From NCBI GenBank assembly GCA_963662465.1, contig OY759599.1:6432001-6496000 (forward strand): a stretch of DNA of 64,000 nt, given 5' to 3'. Below are positions 38,536 to 47,503 of the stretch, piece by piece; the stretch's first letter is position 1, and every line of letters begins with the position of its first letter. The notes beneath the pieces were generated by a model. That model was given only the letters and a program-made list of their open reading frames with translations. It was not told the origin of the DNA and made no database searches. This DNA comes from Desulfatiglandales bacterium (GTDB lineage Bacteria; Desulfobacterota; DSM-4660; Desulfatiglandales; Desulfatiglandaceae). Made by a program: the position numbers and the translations under genes.

Positions 38536-40011
38536 ATGGATGGAATTGTGGGGATTTATGGGCCGGATGACGAAGAACTGGTGAGCAAGGCTTTTCTGGC
38601 CACCGGGGCCTGTCAGCACCGGGGAAAAGCCAGCACCGGACTGGCTGTGGGAAACAGCAAGGGAATTTATGTTTATAAAGGCCTGGGTCGGATCGCGGAA
38701 GTCATTGACCGGGATATTGCCAAGACCTTTCAGGACCTGTCGCCCGTGGCCGCCATCGGCAATATCGGATACACCAAGCGGCGAATTCCTGAAAAAATCA
38801 ATGTGGAGCCCATCGAGATTCGGCCGAAAGATAGCTCAGCGCTGAAGGTGGTTTTGACCATGGATGGGTATCTTATCAAGGAAGACGATATCAAGGCCGA
38901 ACTCGAAGCGCATTACCGCTTTCAAACCAATAACAAAACCGAGGTCGTGGGCGCCCTGCTGCATCGATATATGCTTCAGGAAGGGATCAGCTTTGCCGCC
39001 GGCGAGAGGCTCGTTGACAAATTGAGCGGCCGGGGGACCTTTGCCCTGACCGCGCTGGTTCATGACGGCCACGAGACCCACCTGGTGTCGCTGAATGACG
39101 ATAAGGCATTTGAACCTTTCTGTCATGCCATCATTGACGGCGCCTTCGTGGCGTGTTCCGAATCCTGCTCCCACCGACGGTTGGGGGGAACCACGGAAAA
39201 TGAGTACGATGGCGCCGAGATGACCCTTTGTTCATCGGCGGGCATTGAGACCCGGCGTTTGCGGAACAAGCCCATCATGCCGGATATTTTTCAGGGGGTT
39301 TATTTCGGCAATGTGGCGTCAATGTTCCGGGGAAAAGAGATTTTCCAGATTCGAAGGGAACTGGGCCTGGGGTTGACGGAGCAGTATCCCATGTCAAAGG
39401 CCGACCTGGTTATTCCCAATCCAGAATCCGGTTGGGGCGTTACGGTGGGTGTTGCGGAAGGGCTCGATAAAAATCTTCTCCCAGCGCTCATCAAACTGCC
39501 CCAGGCGGTCAGGACCTTTCAGGAAGATGCCCGAAAGGCAAGGTCCCAGGAAGTGGGTCTAAAGTTTGGCGGCATCGATTCCCTTCTAAAGGGAAAAAAT
39601 GTTGCCATGGGAGACGACAGCATTGTGCGGGGGACCGTTAGCGAAGGAGGTTCCGTATGGGTGGTCTACAATGCCGGAGCCAAATTTGTCGAATTCTGGA
39701 TATCCTACGGCCCCATGGTTTTCCCTTCTTTCAAGGAATGGCACAGGGGTCTGGATTGTCTTCACGAACTGGCCGCCAGGCGTGCATTTCCCGACGGCAA
39801 CCCCTATGACAAAAGTCTCGACGAAATCAATCGCGCCGTGGCCGGCTTAATCGGTGTTGATGAGGTTCGGTATAATACCCTTGAAGGCATCAGAAAAGTG
39901 GCCGGTGACGGGTCCTTCCAGTCGTTGGATGCCAGTTATCCCATCGACGAGGCGTTTTGGCCCGACTGGCTTAAAGTCGAGGTTGAACGGTATTATCGGT
40001 ATCGTCCCTGA
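38536..40011 (+). CDS. Amidophosphoribosyltransferase (PurF)-like paralogue lacking the catalytic Cys
   Basis: MDGIVGI (MCGI is typical), QHRG, PESG, DDSIVRGT PRPP-binding motif. Confidence 0.75.
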   Translation: MDGIVGIYGPDDEELVSKAFLATGACQHRGKASTGLAVGNSKGIYVYKGLGRIAEVIDRDIAKTFQDLSPVAAIGNIGYTKRRIPEKINVEPIEIRPKDSSALKVVLTMDGYLIKEDDIKAELEAHYRFQTNNKTEVVGALLHRYMLQEGISFAAGERLVDKLSGRGTFALTALVHDGHETHLVSLNDDKAFEPFCHAIIDGAFVACSESCSHRRLGGTTENEYDGAEMTLCSSAGIETRRLRNKPIMPDIFQGVYFGNVASMFRGKEIFQIRRELGLGLTEQYPMSKADLVIPNPESGWGVTVGVAEGLDKNLLPALIKLPQAVRTFQEDARKARSQEVGLKFGGIDSLLKGKNVAMGDDSIVRGTVSEGGSVWVVYNAGAKFVEFWISYGPMVFPSFKEWHRGLDCLHELAARRAFPDGNPYDKSLDEINRAVAGLIGVDEVRYNTLEGIRKVAGDGSFQSLDASYPIDEAFWPDWLKVEVERYYRYRP

Positions 40012-41380
40012 AGATATTCCCCGGCGCCATGATGCCCGTTGGGTCCAACTCTTTTTTGATGGCTTTCATGGCATTGATGATGGGCGCCGGATACTGCAAA
40101 AGCACTTGACGGCGTTTCATTTTTCCGATGCCGTGTTCTGCCGAAACGCATCCCCCAAGTGCTACGGCCTTTTGGGCCATGAGGTCGTCTATTTTTGATG
40201 CCGTTATTTTTTCTTCCCCGGTTCCGGCAATAAAATTGAAGTGAGGGTGCCCGCTACCCAGATGTCCGAACCGGGTGACCATTATGTCCCCCAGAGGACG
40301 TCTGATTTCTTCAAAATAGGCAAACAGGTGGTGCAGTCGGTTTTGGGGAACGGCCCAGTCGGTTGAAATTTTGCAGCCACCGGTTTTGACGGCCTTGATG
40401 CTTTCCTCATTGGTTTTTGAGGGCACATGATGCCGCAAGTCGAGAAGATGCTTTTTCTGTTTCCTGCTGACGGCGATCTGTGTGTCATCGGAGAAGGGGG
40501 TGTGCTTTTCGATGAGGGGAAACCATAGATTCAGCCAATGGTCTTTTTCCGAGTCATCGTTATATTCCTGTTCAAAATAGACCATTACGCGTGCATTGGC
40601 GGGTATGGCAATCCCTTTTGCTTTCGGGCGAATTATTTCCAGACAGGCGTGATCCATGAACTCCATGCTTGCGGCTTGATAGGCGGGTGCATAATGGGCT
40701 TCCATGGTAAAATCAACGGCGCTTTTCAAATCCGGGAAAAAGACAATGCCCACAAACACATTCGCGGGCAATGCCGTTAAGGACACTTCAATCCGGGTCA
40801 CAATTCCCAAGGTCCCTTCGGATCCCACAAACAGTTGCGTGGGTCTGTACATGGCGCCGTAACCGGCGCATATCTTTTCAGTCAGACCGTTTTTCACTTC
40901 AAACAACCTGCCTGTTCCATCCACCACCCGCAATTCCCTGACCCAGTCGATGGTACTCCCATACTTGAGGGATCGGGAACCGGAGGCATTGGTGGCCACG
41001 TTTCCCCCCAGGGTGCATTCTTCCGCACTTGTGGGATCCGGCGCATACATGAGGCCTGCGTCTTCCACTGATTTTTTGAAATGGGATAAAAGGATGCCGG
41101 GTTCAGCGACGGCACGCTTTCTTTTGACATCAATATCGATCAGCCGGTTCATCCGTTCCAGGGAAAGGGCGGCGCCTTTTTCACAGATGGCAGCCCCGGT
41201 CAGGGATGACCGAAGTCCCTGAGCGGTCAGGGGTATCTCCTCGGAAACACAGGTCTTTACGATTTCGAGGACTTCCCGATCGGACGTGGGGCGATAGAGT
41301 CTTTCAAATCCTCCTTGAATGCCCAGCGTATCTTCATTATAGGCGGCAAGAATTTCAGGGTCTGTGATCATTTCAGGCAT
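39971..41380 (-). CDS. FAD-binding oxidoreductase (GlcD/D-lactate dehydrogenase family)
   Basis: PDPTS..CTLGGNVATNASG, GSEGTLG, GHLGSGHPH, SAEHGIG; AAGGAG RBS before 41380. Confidence 0.88.
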   Translation of the reverse strand: MPEMITDPEILAAYNEDTLGIQGGFERLYRPTSDREVLEIVKTCVSEEIPLTAQGLRSSLTGAAICEKGAALSLERMNRLIDIDVKRKRAVAEPGILLSHFKKSVEDAGLMYAPDPTSAEECTLGGNVATNASGSRSLKYGSTIDWVRELRVVDGTGRLFEVKNGLTEKICAGYGAMYRPTQLFVGSEGTLGIVTRIEVSLTALPANVFVGIVFFPDLKSAVDFTMEAHYAPAYQAASMEFMDHACLEIIRPKAKGIAIPANARVMVYFEQEYNDDSEKDHWLNLWFPLIEKHTPFSDDTQIAVSRKQKKHLLDLRHHVPSKTNEESIKAVKTGGCKISTDWAVPQNRLHHLFAYFEEIRRPLGDIMVTRFGHLGSGHPHFNFIAGTGEEKITASKIDDLMAQKAVALGGCVSAEHGIGKMKRRQVLLQYPAPIINAMKAIKKELDPTGIMAPGNIFRDDTDNTVQPRL

Positions 41381-41430
41381 GGTTAATTTTCTCCTTGAAT
41401 ACTGGCAGGGATTTTCATAACGTATCTGAA

Positions 41431-41492
41431 TGAAAGTGACAAGTGAGAAGTGACGCGTAAAGCTAAGAGGGTTCCGCTTGTCACTTGTCACT
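41431..41492. repeat. Inverted (AGTGACA)n heptamer arms between divergent genes
   Basis: TGAAAGTGACAAGTGAGAAGTGAC...CTTGTCACTTGTCACT. Confidence 0.8.
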
Positions 41493-41515
41493 AATAAAGA
41501 AAAGGACCCGAGATT

Positions 41516-42271
41516 ATGGGGCTTATATTCGATGAAAATACGCTGGGTTTCTATGATTCATGGCGGCAAAGCCATCAAAGCCGGACCATTGACAGGTCCA
41601 TCGAACCGCTTTTGACGTCGTTGCTGGAGCCGCGACCGGGCGACCGGGTTCTGGATATCGGTTGCGGCACGGGAAACCATCTGATCATGTTCAGCAAAAT
41701 GGGGCTGAACGTCAGCGGTGTTGATGCTTCCAGCCAGATGTTGGAAAGAGCCAGGGCCCGGCTGGGGAACAAATCCAACTTCAAAATCGGCATGGCGGAG
41801 GATCTGCCCTTCGATGACAATGAATTTGATCTGGCGGTTTTGATCAATACCCTGGAATTTCTGGATAATCCCCTTTCCGCGTTGCGGGAGGCGGGGCGTG
41901 TGGCCAGAAAGAAGATCTTTATCGGTGTTTTAAACAGCTTCTCCTGGAACGGAGTTTTAAAAACAATCCAGGGCTATTTTGGGGACCCCATTTTTGGACA
42001 GGCGAAACTTTACAATCTCTGGCAGCTCAAATCCCTGCTTCAACTGGCCTATGGTCCGATTCCCATTTCTTGGCAGTGCATCCGAATTATACCATCCTTC
42101 CTTGAAGAGACCTTTTCCGTAAACGGGGACTCGAAGGGCTTTAAACACTCTCCTTTTGGATTTTTTCTGGGTCTTTCCGCTACCCTGGTGTACCATTATG
42201 AGACCGACAACCTTCCGCTGAAAGTCAGGCTCAAGACGGCGAGTCAATCGTTTATGGGGATAGAGACTTAG
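41516..42271 (+). CDS. Class I SAM-dependent methyltransferase
   Basis: VLDIGCGTG, GVDAS..ML, AEDLPFDDNEFD. Confidence 0.9.
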   Translation: MGLIFDENTLGFYDSWRQSHQSRTIDRSIEPLLTSLLEPRPGDRVLDIGCGTGNHLIMFSKMGLNVSGVDASSQMLERARARLGNKSNFKIGMAEDLPFDDNEFDLAVLINTLEFLDNPLSALREAGRVARKKIFIGVLNSFSWNGVLKTIQGYFGDPIFGQAKLYNLWQLKSLLQLAYGPIPISWQCIRIIPSFLEETFSVNGDSKGFKHSPFGFFLGLSATLVYHYETDNLPLKVRLKTASQSFMGIET

Positions 42272-42277
42272 GAGGGA

Positions 42278-42312
42278 TGAAAGGTGAAAGCTGAAAGCTG
42301 AAGGGTGAAAGA
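42278..42312 (+). repeat. 5x (TGAAAGS) heptamer array
   Basis: TGAAAGG TGAAAGC TGAAAGC TGAAGGG TGAAAGA. Confidence 0.85.
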
Positions 42313-42321
42313 GGAGCAACC

Positions 42322-43335
42322 ATGAAAGAGGCGTATCTATATGAAAAGCTGAACAACAAAAAAGTGCAATGTCGTCTCTGTAATCATTTCTGTATTGTTG
42401 AGGATGGCGACAGGGGACTTTGCGGTGTCAGGGAAAACCGATCGGGGACTCTCTTCAGCCTGGTTTATGGAAAAATTATTGCGGCACACTGTGACCCCAT
42501 CGAAAAAAAACCGCTGTTTCATTTTCTTCCGGGAAGCAGCTCTTATTCCATTGCCACGGTGGGGTGCAACTTCCGATGTTCCTTTTGCCAAAACGCTGAT
42601 ATCAGCCAGATGCCCCTGGATCAAGCTCGCATCCTTGGGCAGAACACGACACCCGAAGATATTGTGCAGGCCGCTGTTGACCAGGGGGCAACCTCTATTT
42701 CCTATACTTACACAGAACCGACCATCTATATTGAAACGGCGCTTGAAACCGCACGGATTGCGTCAGAGAGGGGTCTATTAAATGTTTTTGTGTCCAACGG
42801 TTATATGACAAGCTCCTGTCTGGAAAAAATGGGTGGCGCCCTGCATGCAGCTAATGTGGACCTCAAAGCATTCAATGGAAAATTTTACCGGGAACAGTGC
42901 GGCGCTAAGCTGGAACCCGTTTTGAAAACCCTGGAAACCCTGAAAGCCATGGGGGTCTGGCTGGAAGTCACCACCCTGCTGATTCCGGGATTAAATGATA
43001 AACCGGAAGAGCTAAAGGAACTTGCCGGGTTCCTGGTGGATCTGGACCCGGGCATTCCATGGCACATTAGTCGATTTCACCCTACTTACCGTTTGGTGAA
43101 TATTCCCTCGACCCCCGTGAAAAGCATTCAACGTGCCAGGGACCTGGGATATGACGCAGGTCTCCAATATGTGTACACGGGGAATATCCATGGGGACGAA
43201 GGGGAAAACACTTTTTGCCATCATTGTAAGACGCTGCTGATCGACCGCACCGGATTTTTCGTGGGTGAAAACAGAATTCAGGGCAATCGGTGCGCCGTTT
43301 GTGAAAAAGAAATTCCCGGCCGCTGGAATGTTTGA
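42322..43335 (+). CDS. amrS: AmmeMemoRadiSam system radical SAM enzyme
   Basis: C..C.H.C....G.CGVREN; DPIEKKPLFHFLPG; GCNFRCSFCQN; SRFHP. Confidence 0.92.
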   Translation: MKEAYLYEKLNNKKVQCRLCNHFCIVEDGDRGLCGVRENRSGTLFSLVYGKIIAAHCDPIEKKPLFHFLPGSSSYSIATVGCNFRCSFCQNADISQMPLDQARILGQNTTPEDIVQAAVDQGATSISYTYTEPTIYIETALETARIASERGLLNVFVSNGYMTSSCLEKMGGALHAANVDLKAFNGKFYREQCGAKLEPVLKTLETLKAMGVWLEVTTLLIPGLNDKPEELKELAGFLVDLDPGIPWHISRFHPTYRLVNIPSTPVKSIQRARDLGYDAGLQYVYTGNIHGDEGENTFCHHCKTLLIDRTGFFVGENRIQGNRCAVCEKEIPGRWNV

Positions 43336-43485
43336 TTTTTTTTCTGTTGGGTGTTAAGTAAACATTGGGTGTCGGGAAGGGCTTTATGGGTTCTTTTTTT
43401 CACCAGGATCCCCGCTGAATTATTTTGATGGCCTTCTTCTGTTCAGCGGGGTTCCAAAAAAACGGTGCATGTTTGGAGAATCGCC

Positions 43486-43644
43486 ATGAAAAAAGAAGAT
43501 GAACTCGCGATTAAGGTGACCAAGGAAATTGTGGTTAAATTTATTGAGGCGGGACGGCTGAGCGCCGGCTCCTTTGAGGAAGTTTGGAATGATATTCATC
43601 GCATCGTCAGCCATTCAATGAAAGAGGCTAAAACGGAGGCCTAA
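43486..43644 (+). CDS. Small hypothetical protein (52 aa)
   Basis: GGAG RBS; MKKEDELAIKVTKEIVVKFIEAGRLSAGSFEEVWNDIHRIVSHSMKEAKTEA; fills the amrS-truA gap; missing from the ORF track. Confidence 0.75.
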   Translation: MKKEDELAIKVTKEIVVKFIEAGRLSAGSFEEVWNDIHRIVSHSMKEAKTEA

Positions 43645-44384
43645 TATTTTACCGTCATGAGGAATAATCCCTGGGGTGGCGCTTTTTTGCCGGCCAATCG
43701 ACGGTCTCTCGATTCCAGGATCTGCTCAAACCGCTTAACGTCCATTCGACCCAACCCCGCGTCCACAAGTGTTCCCACCATGTTTCGAACCATGTGCCGC
43801 AAAAAACCATTCCCCTCTACCACAATACGTAAATCCCCGTCTAAGTCGTTTTTGATGCAGGCCGCCAATATTGTTCTTATGGGGTTGGTATTGCTGCTTC
43901 CAGATGACTTGAAGCAGGAAAAATCATGGGTTCCCTTGAGGAGGTTCAGACACTCGGACATCTTGTTCACATCAAGGGGCACTCTGATATGCCATAGGGC
44001 ATTACGGCGAAAAATATCCGGATATTCTTTGTTCAGAATTCGGTATTCATAAATTTTGCTTTTAGCCCGGTACCTGGAATGAAAATCCAGAGGAACAATG
44101 GCTGCGTCCGTGATGAGAATGTCTGAAGGAAGAAGGGCATTGAGCCCTCGCCAAAGGGAGTCAATGGGGATAAGGGAACGGGTTTGGAAATTACAGACCT
44201 GGTTTAAGGCATGGACGCCTGCGTCAGTTCTACCGGAGGCCAGAAGTTTGACAGGCGATTTTGTCATTATTTGAAGCCTGTCTTCAATCACCTCCTGAAC
44301 GGTCAGCCCGTTTTTTTGCCGTTGCCATCCGTGATATCGGGCGCCGTCATAGGCAACGTCAAGTCTGATATTGCTCACATCCAT
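43641..44384 (-). CDS. truA: tRNA pseudouridine(38-40) synthase
   Basis: YDG..YHGWQ.Q, GRTDAGVHA, GTHDFS.F, FLRHMVR, PQGLFL. Confidence 0.96.
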   Translation of the reverse strand: MDVSNIRLDVAYDGARYHGWQRQKNGLTVQEVIEDRLQIMTKSPVKLLASGRTDAGVHALNQVCNFQTRSLIPIDSLWRGLNALLPSDILITDAAIVPLDFHSRYRAKSKIYEYRILNKEYPDIFRRNALWHIRVPLDVNKMSECLNLLKGTHDFSCFKSSGSSNTNPIRTILAACIKNDLDGDLRIVVEGNGFLRHMVRNMVGTLVDAGLGRMDVKRFEQILESRDRRLAGKKAPPQGLFLMTVKY

Positions 44385-44392
44385 TTTTTTTC

Positions 44393-44427
44393 AAAAAAAA
44401 AGGGAATCCGGCACAGATTCCCTTTTT
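44393..44427 (-). terminator. Intrinsic terminator after rpsI
   Basis: AAAAAGGGAATC-N7-GATTCCCTTTTT hairpin with A/T tracts on both sides. Confidence 0.75.
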
Positions 44428-44452
44428 GATAAATCATAATATGGATACAAAG

Positions 44453-44845
44453 TTAACGCTTTGAATACTGGTATCGTGCCCTTGCACCAGGCTGACCATA
44501 TTTTTTTCGCTCTTTCATTCTGGAATCTCGGGTTAGAAAACCGGCTTTTTTGAGGGAATCCCTCAATGAAGGATCCGTATCCACCAGTATCCGACTGATG
44601 CCATGACGAATGGCGCCGGCCTGTCCCGCAATTCCACCGCCCTTGACATTGATGTAAACATCAAACTTTTCAGCCAAATCAACCAACTTAAGAGGCTCCA
44701 TAACAGAGTTCTGATCCGCTTCTCTGGGCAGATATTGCTTCAAAGGTCTCTTGTTAATCGTTATCTCGCCCGTGCCGGACTTCATCCAGACCCGCGCAAC
44801 AGCTGACTTTCTTTTCCCAGTGGCGTGAAATAGTTCCTCTGCCAT
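44453..44845 (-). CDS. rpsI: 30S ribosomal protein S9
   Basis: TGKRKSAVARV, GGGIAGQAGAIRHGI, ERKKYG..ARARYQYSKR. Confidence 0.99.
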   Translation of the reverse strand: MAEELFHATGKRKSAVARVWMKSGTGEITINKRPLKQYLPREADQNSVMEPLKLVDLAEKFDVYINVKGGGIAGQAGAIRHGISRILVDTDPSLRDSLKKAGFLTRDSRMKERKKYGQPGARARYQYSKR

Positions 44846-45274
44846 TTATATCTCCAATGCCTCCAGTTGTTGTGCCTCATGTGGATTTTCAGGGCCGACG
44901 TAAATTTTCAACTTTTTCAGCTGGCGTCTGCCCAGGCTGTTTTTGGGGAGCATGCCCCTAACCGCAAAGCGCAGAACATCTTCCGGTTTCTTCTCTAGCA
45001 GTTTTCGTGCGGAAATCTCTTTTAAACCACCGATATAACCACTGTGTCGATAATAGATTTTTTTGTCCCATTTCTTGCCGGAAAGGGCAACCTTTTCAGC
45101 ATTGACGACGACAATAAAGTCTCCGGTATCCGCATGGGGCGTAAAAATGGGTTTATGCTTTCCCCGCAGTCTCATGGCAATCTGGGTGGCAAGCCTTCCC
45201 AGGATTTTATCTTCCGCATCGACCAGATACCACTTTCTATCGACTTCCTGTTCCTTGGCAACAAATGTTTTCAT
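44846..45274 (-). CDS. rplM: 50S ribosomal protein L13
   Basis: [38 protein letters not shown]. Confidence 0.99.
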   Translation of the reverse strand: MKTFVAKEQEVDRKWYLVDAEDKILGRLATQIAMRLRGKHKPIFTPHADTGDFIVVVNAEKVALSGKKWDKKIYYRHSGYIGGLKEISARKLLEKKPEDVLRFAVRGMLPKNSLGRRQLKKLKIYVGPENPHEAQQLEALEI

Positions 45275-45309
45275 TTTCTTTATCCTGTTCAACAAAATAC
45301 GAAAAGATC

Positions 45310-45390
45310 TTTTTAGGCCAAATGGGCTTACATGTCAAGGTATTTTTTACGAAAAAAAATGTTGACATGATTTCGATTTCCTGTTAGATA
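45310..45390. promoter_or_regulatory. Back-to-back sigma70 promoters (rplM and tRNA operon)
   Basis: Minus strand: TTGACA (45338-45333)-N17-TAAAAA; plus strand: TTGACA (45362-45367)-N17-TAGATA. Confidence 0.55.
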
Positions 45391-45404
45391 TTGCCTTCCA
45401 TTTG

Positions 45405-45481
45405 GCGCCCGTAGCTCAGCTGGATAGAGCGCCGGGCTTCGAACCCGTAGGCCGCAGGTTCGAGTCCTGCCGGGCGCACCA
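45405..45481 (+). tRNA. tRNA-Arg (TCG)
   Basis: GCGCCCG acceptor stem, AGCTCAGCTGGATAGAGC D-arm, CT-TCG-AA anticodon loop, GGTTCGAGTCC, CCA end. Confidence 0.95.
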
Positions 45482-45499
45482 TGGAGAAAACTATATTAT

Positions 45500-45575
45500 G
45501 GGCCTGTAGCTCAGCTGGCAGAGCAGTTGACTCTTAATCAATTGGTCGAAGGTTCGAATCCTTCCAGGCCCACCA
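45500..45575 (+). tRNA. tRNA-Lys (CTT)
   Basis: GGGCCTG acceptor stem, CT-CTT-AA anticodon loop, GGTTCGAATCC, CCA end. Confidence 0.96.
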
Positions 45576-45583
45576 ACGAAATC

Positions 45584-45620
45584 AAGCACTTACGGCATTT
45601 TGCTGAAAGTGCTTTTTTTG
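45584..45620 (+). terminator. Intrinsic terminator after the tRNAs
   Basis: AAGCACTT...AAGTGCTT hairpin followed by a T run. Confidence 0.7.
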
Positions 45621-45782
45621 TGCTTGCCCGTTTTTGTACAGTCTTTGTACAAGATTATGGATTTTACCACAACCCCCCATGTTCCCGAAATCTATTTCGG
45701 GACCTTCCCGGCAAAATAAAAGTTGTCCCTGACTTTCCCCCATGGTAGAATTCAGCATGTTCATTCATGAAAGGGGTTCATC

Positions 45783-46088
45783 ATGGGCACCACCATTACT
45801 TTTGACACTCATGCTTTTGTAAAACAATTAAAATCCGCTGGGTTCAATGACAATCAAGCTGAAGTTCAGGCGCAAACAATCAATCAAGCACTATCTGATT
45901 TTCAGAGCAATCGTTTGAATGAATTGGCAACAAAGGCGGATCTATTGACAGTTAAAGCCGAATTGCAAACAGAAATCACGTCTACAAAGGCTGAGATTGC
46001 CGCATCCAGGTCCGAAACCATCAAATGGGTTGCCGGAATGCTGGTTGTCCAGGCTGGCGTTGTCGCTGCCCTGGTTAAACTTCTGTAG
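45783..46088 (+). CDS. DUF1640/CCDC90-family coiled-coil protein (phage-associated)
   Basis: FDTHAFVKQLKSAGF...QAE; LATKADL; IKWVAGML..Q C-terminal TM. Confidence 0.85.
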   Translation: MGTTITFDTHAFVKQLKSAGFNDNQAEVQAQTINQALSDFQSNRLNELATKADLLTVKAELQTEITSTKAEIAASRSETIKWVAGMLVVQAGVVAALVKLL

Positions 46089-46653
46089 GTTTCCCACAAA
46101 AACCGGTCCCATTTCTGAAACCGGTTTGGTGTCCCCTGATAATGACGGATTATTCCGTGGCAACACCTATTTCCTGATCCCGATAGGCCAAAGGCTTTGT
46201 CCCTGAGTTCTGACTTCAGGTCCTTGTCAATCCTGTTTCTTCCATACGTTATAAAATGGTGGGCGGCACAACGTTTACCGACTTCCATGCTGTATTTTGC
46301 TAACTTTTTGCGCTGGGTTGTCTGTTAAATAAATCGGTTACGTCACTACATGCCCCGTTTTATAGGACCTCCCAAATGGACTTTTCAGCCACTAAAAAGG
46401 GGGCTGATAACATGACCTGCGCTTTTTTCGGAAACAATTCCGCGCAGTGCGCGGATTTGAAATTGCTCATAAACATATCGGCGAATTTCGCGATTTGAAA
46501 TTTGTAGCAATGTTCATGAACTCCCGGGCCGATCTTTCAGACCACTGAAATCGCGTATTTATCCAATTTCCAAATTGCCCGTGGTGCTGCTTTGATAGGC
46601 GGTCGGCGGTTTTGGGGGTGTCACTTTGATCCCCCGAAAAGTCTCTATCCGCC

Positions 46654-46941
46654 CTACCATGCGCCGCCTTCTTCTCCCGGTTGTAAATTCGCCCCCGGAT
46701 CAGGCTTATCTGGTCCGGCGTCCATCATCGCTGATAGTTCCGGGATCAGGTCCGCCAGGGTGCGTAGGCGTTTGACTGTCGCTATGGATTTTCTGGTTTC
46801 TGTCGCTATGGTTTCCAAGGTATCACCGTGATCCCTTGCCCCACCATGTTCAATCCCCCAAATCTCATACAGTCGCTTGATCGCCCGCGCCATGGAAGAT
46901 GTGGACAACTGCCGGCAATGTGTCTCAAATACCACCCGCAA
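46654..46941 (-). pseudogene. ParB-like HTH fragment
   Basis: RQLS.S.MARAIKRLYEI.GI.HGG.R..IA....S.ATVKRL..LADLIPEL; lacks the N-terminal ParB domain. Confidence 0.5.
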
Positions 46942-46959
46942 TGTGAGACATATCCCGGT

Positions 46960-47389
46960 TCAATTTCCTGCGAGTATTCGCTTTTCGATTTCAGCAACCG
47001 TGGCCATCTCTGAAAGCCCCGTCAAAATATCATCCACCAACCCTTGCAGAACCCCCCCTCTGATCTTCCGGCCCCATGCCCACCATGGCGGAAATGGCGT
47101 GATCAGGGACCAACTGGAACGCCGCTTTGGTAACTGTAACCAGGTTCCATAAGGCATCCATGACATCCTGCCTGGGGAGAAGAGCGCCTTTCATCTTACC
47201 AAGCTCGAATTCAAGTTTTTCGGCACGGGCAAGCTCCCATCGCTCCCTTGAATTTGTAATTTCCTTGTTATCTTTTGGGAAAAAGATATTCTCGGACCAC
47301 CATCGAATGAAGGCCCCCAGGTCCCAGGTGTACATGGTATCCGTACTTCCGGCTCTCATGGTCCCTCGCCTGTAGCCCCTTTCCGACAT
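46960..47389 (-). pseudogene. Phage terminase small subunit (Nu1-like), frameshifted
   Basis: WDLGAFIRWW; RERWELARAEKLEFELGKMKGALLPRQDV; frame break at G7 (47052-47058), continuing GVLQGLVDDILTGLS. Confidence 0.55.
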
Positions 47390-47503
47390 TAATCGCGTCT
47401 GCAAAGGCTGAGATTGCCGCATCCAGATCCGAAACCATCAAATGGGTTGGATAATTGAGCTGAAAGCCGTTAGGAAAACCGGCCAATAGGATGTTTTAAA
47501 TGG

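Larger units (their letters stand above)
45974..47449 (+). repeat. 59-bp direct repeat (45974-46032 and 47391-47449), 3 mismatches
   Basis: AATCRCGTCTRCAAAGGCTGAGATTGCCGCATCCAGRTCCGAAACCATCAAATGGGTTG. Confidence 0.9.

Noticed and set aside
45527..45764. ORFs overlapping tRNA-Lys and its terminator
   Set aside because: Spurious frames across an RNA gene
47052..47058. Programmed frameshift or phase variation at G7 in the terminase-like fragment
   Set aside because: Lies in a decayed remnant; homopolymer error or drift is simpler
22063..47449. Diversity-generating retroelement (Avd-like fold plus the 59-bp repeat pair)
   Set aside because: No reverse transcriptase in the window; only 3 mismatches, not all at adenines of one copy; the elements are over 20 kb apart
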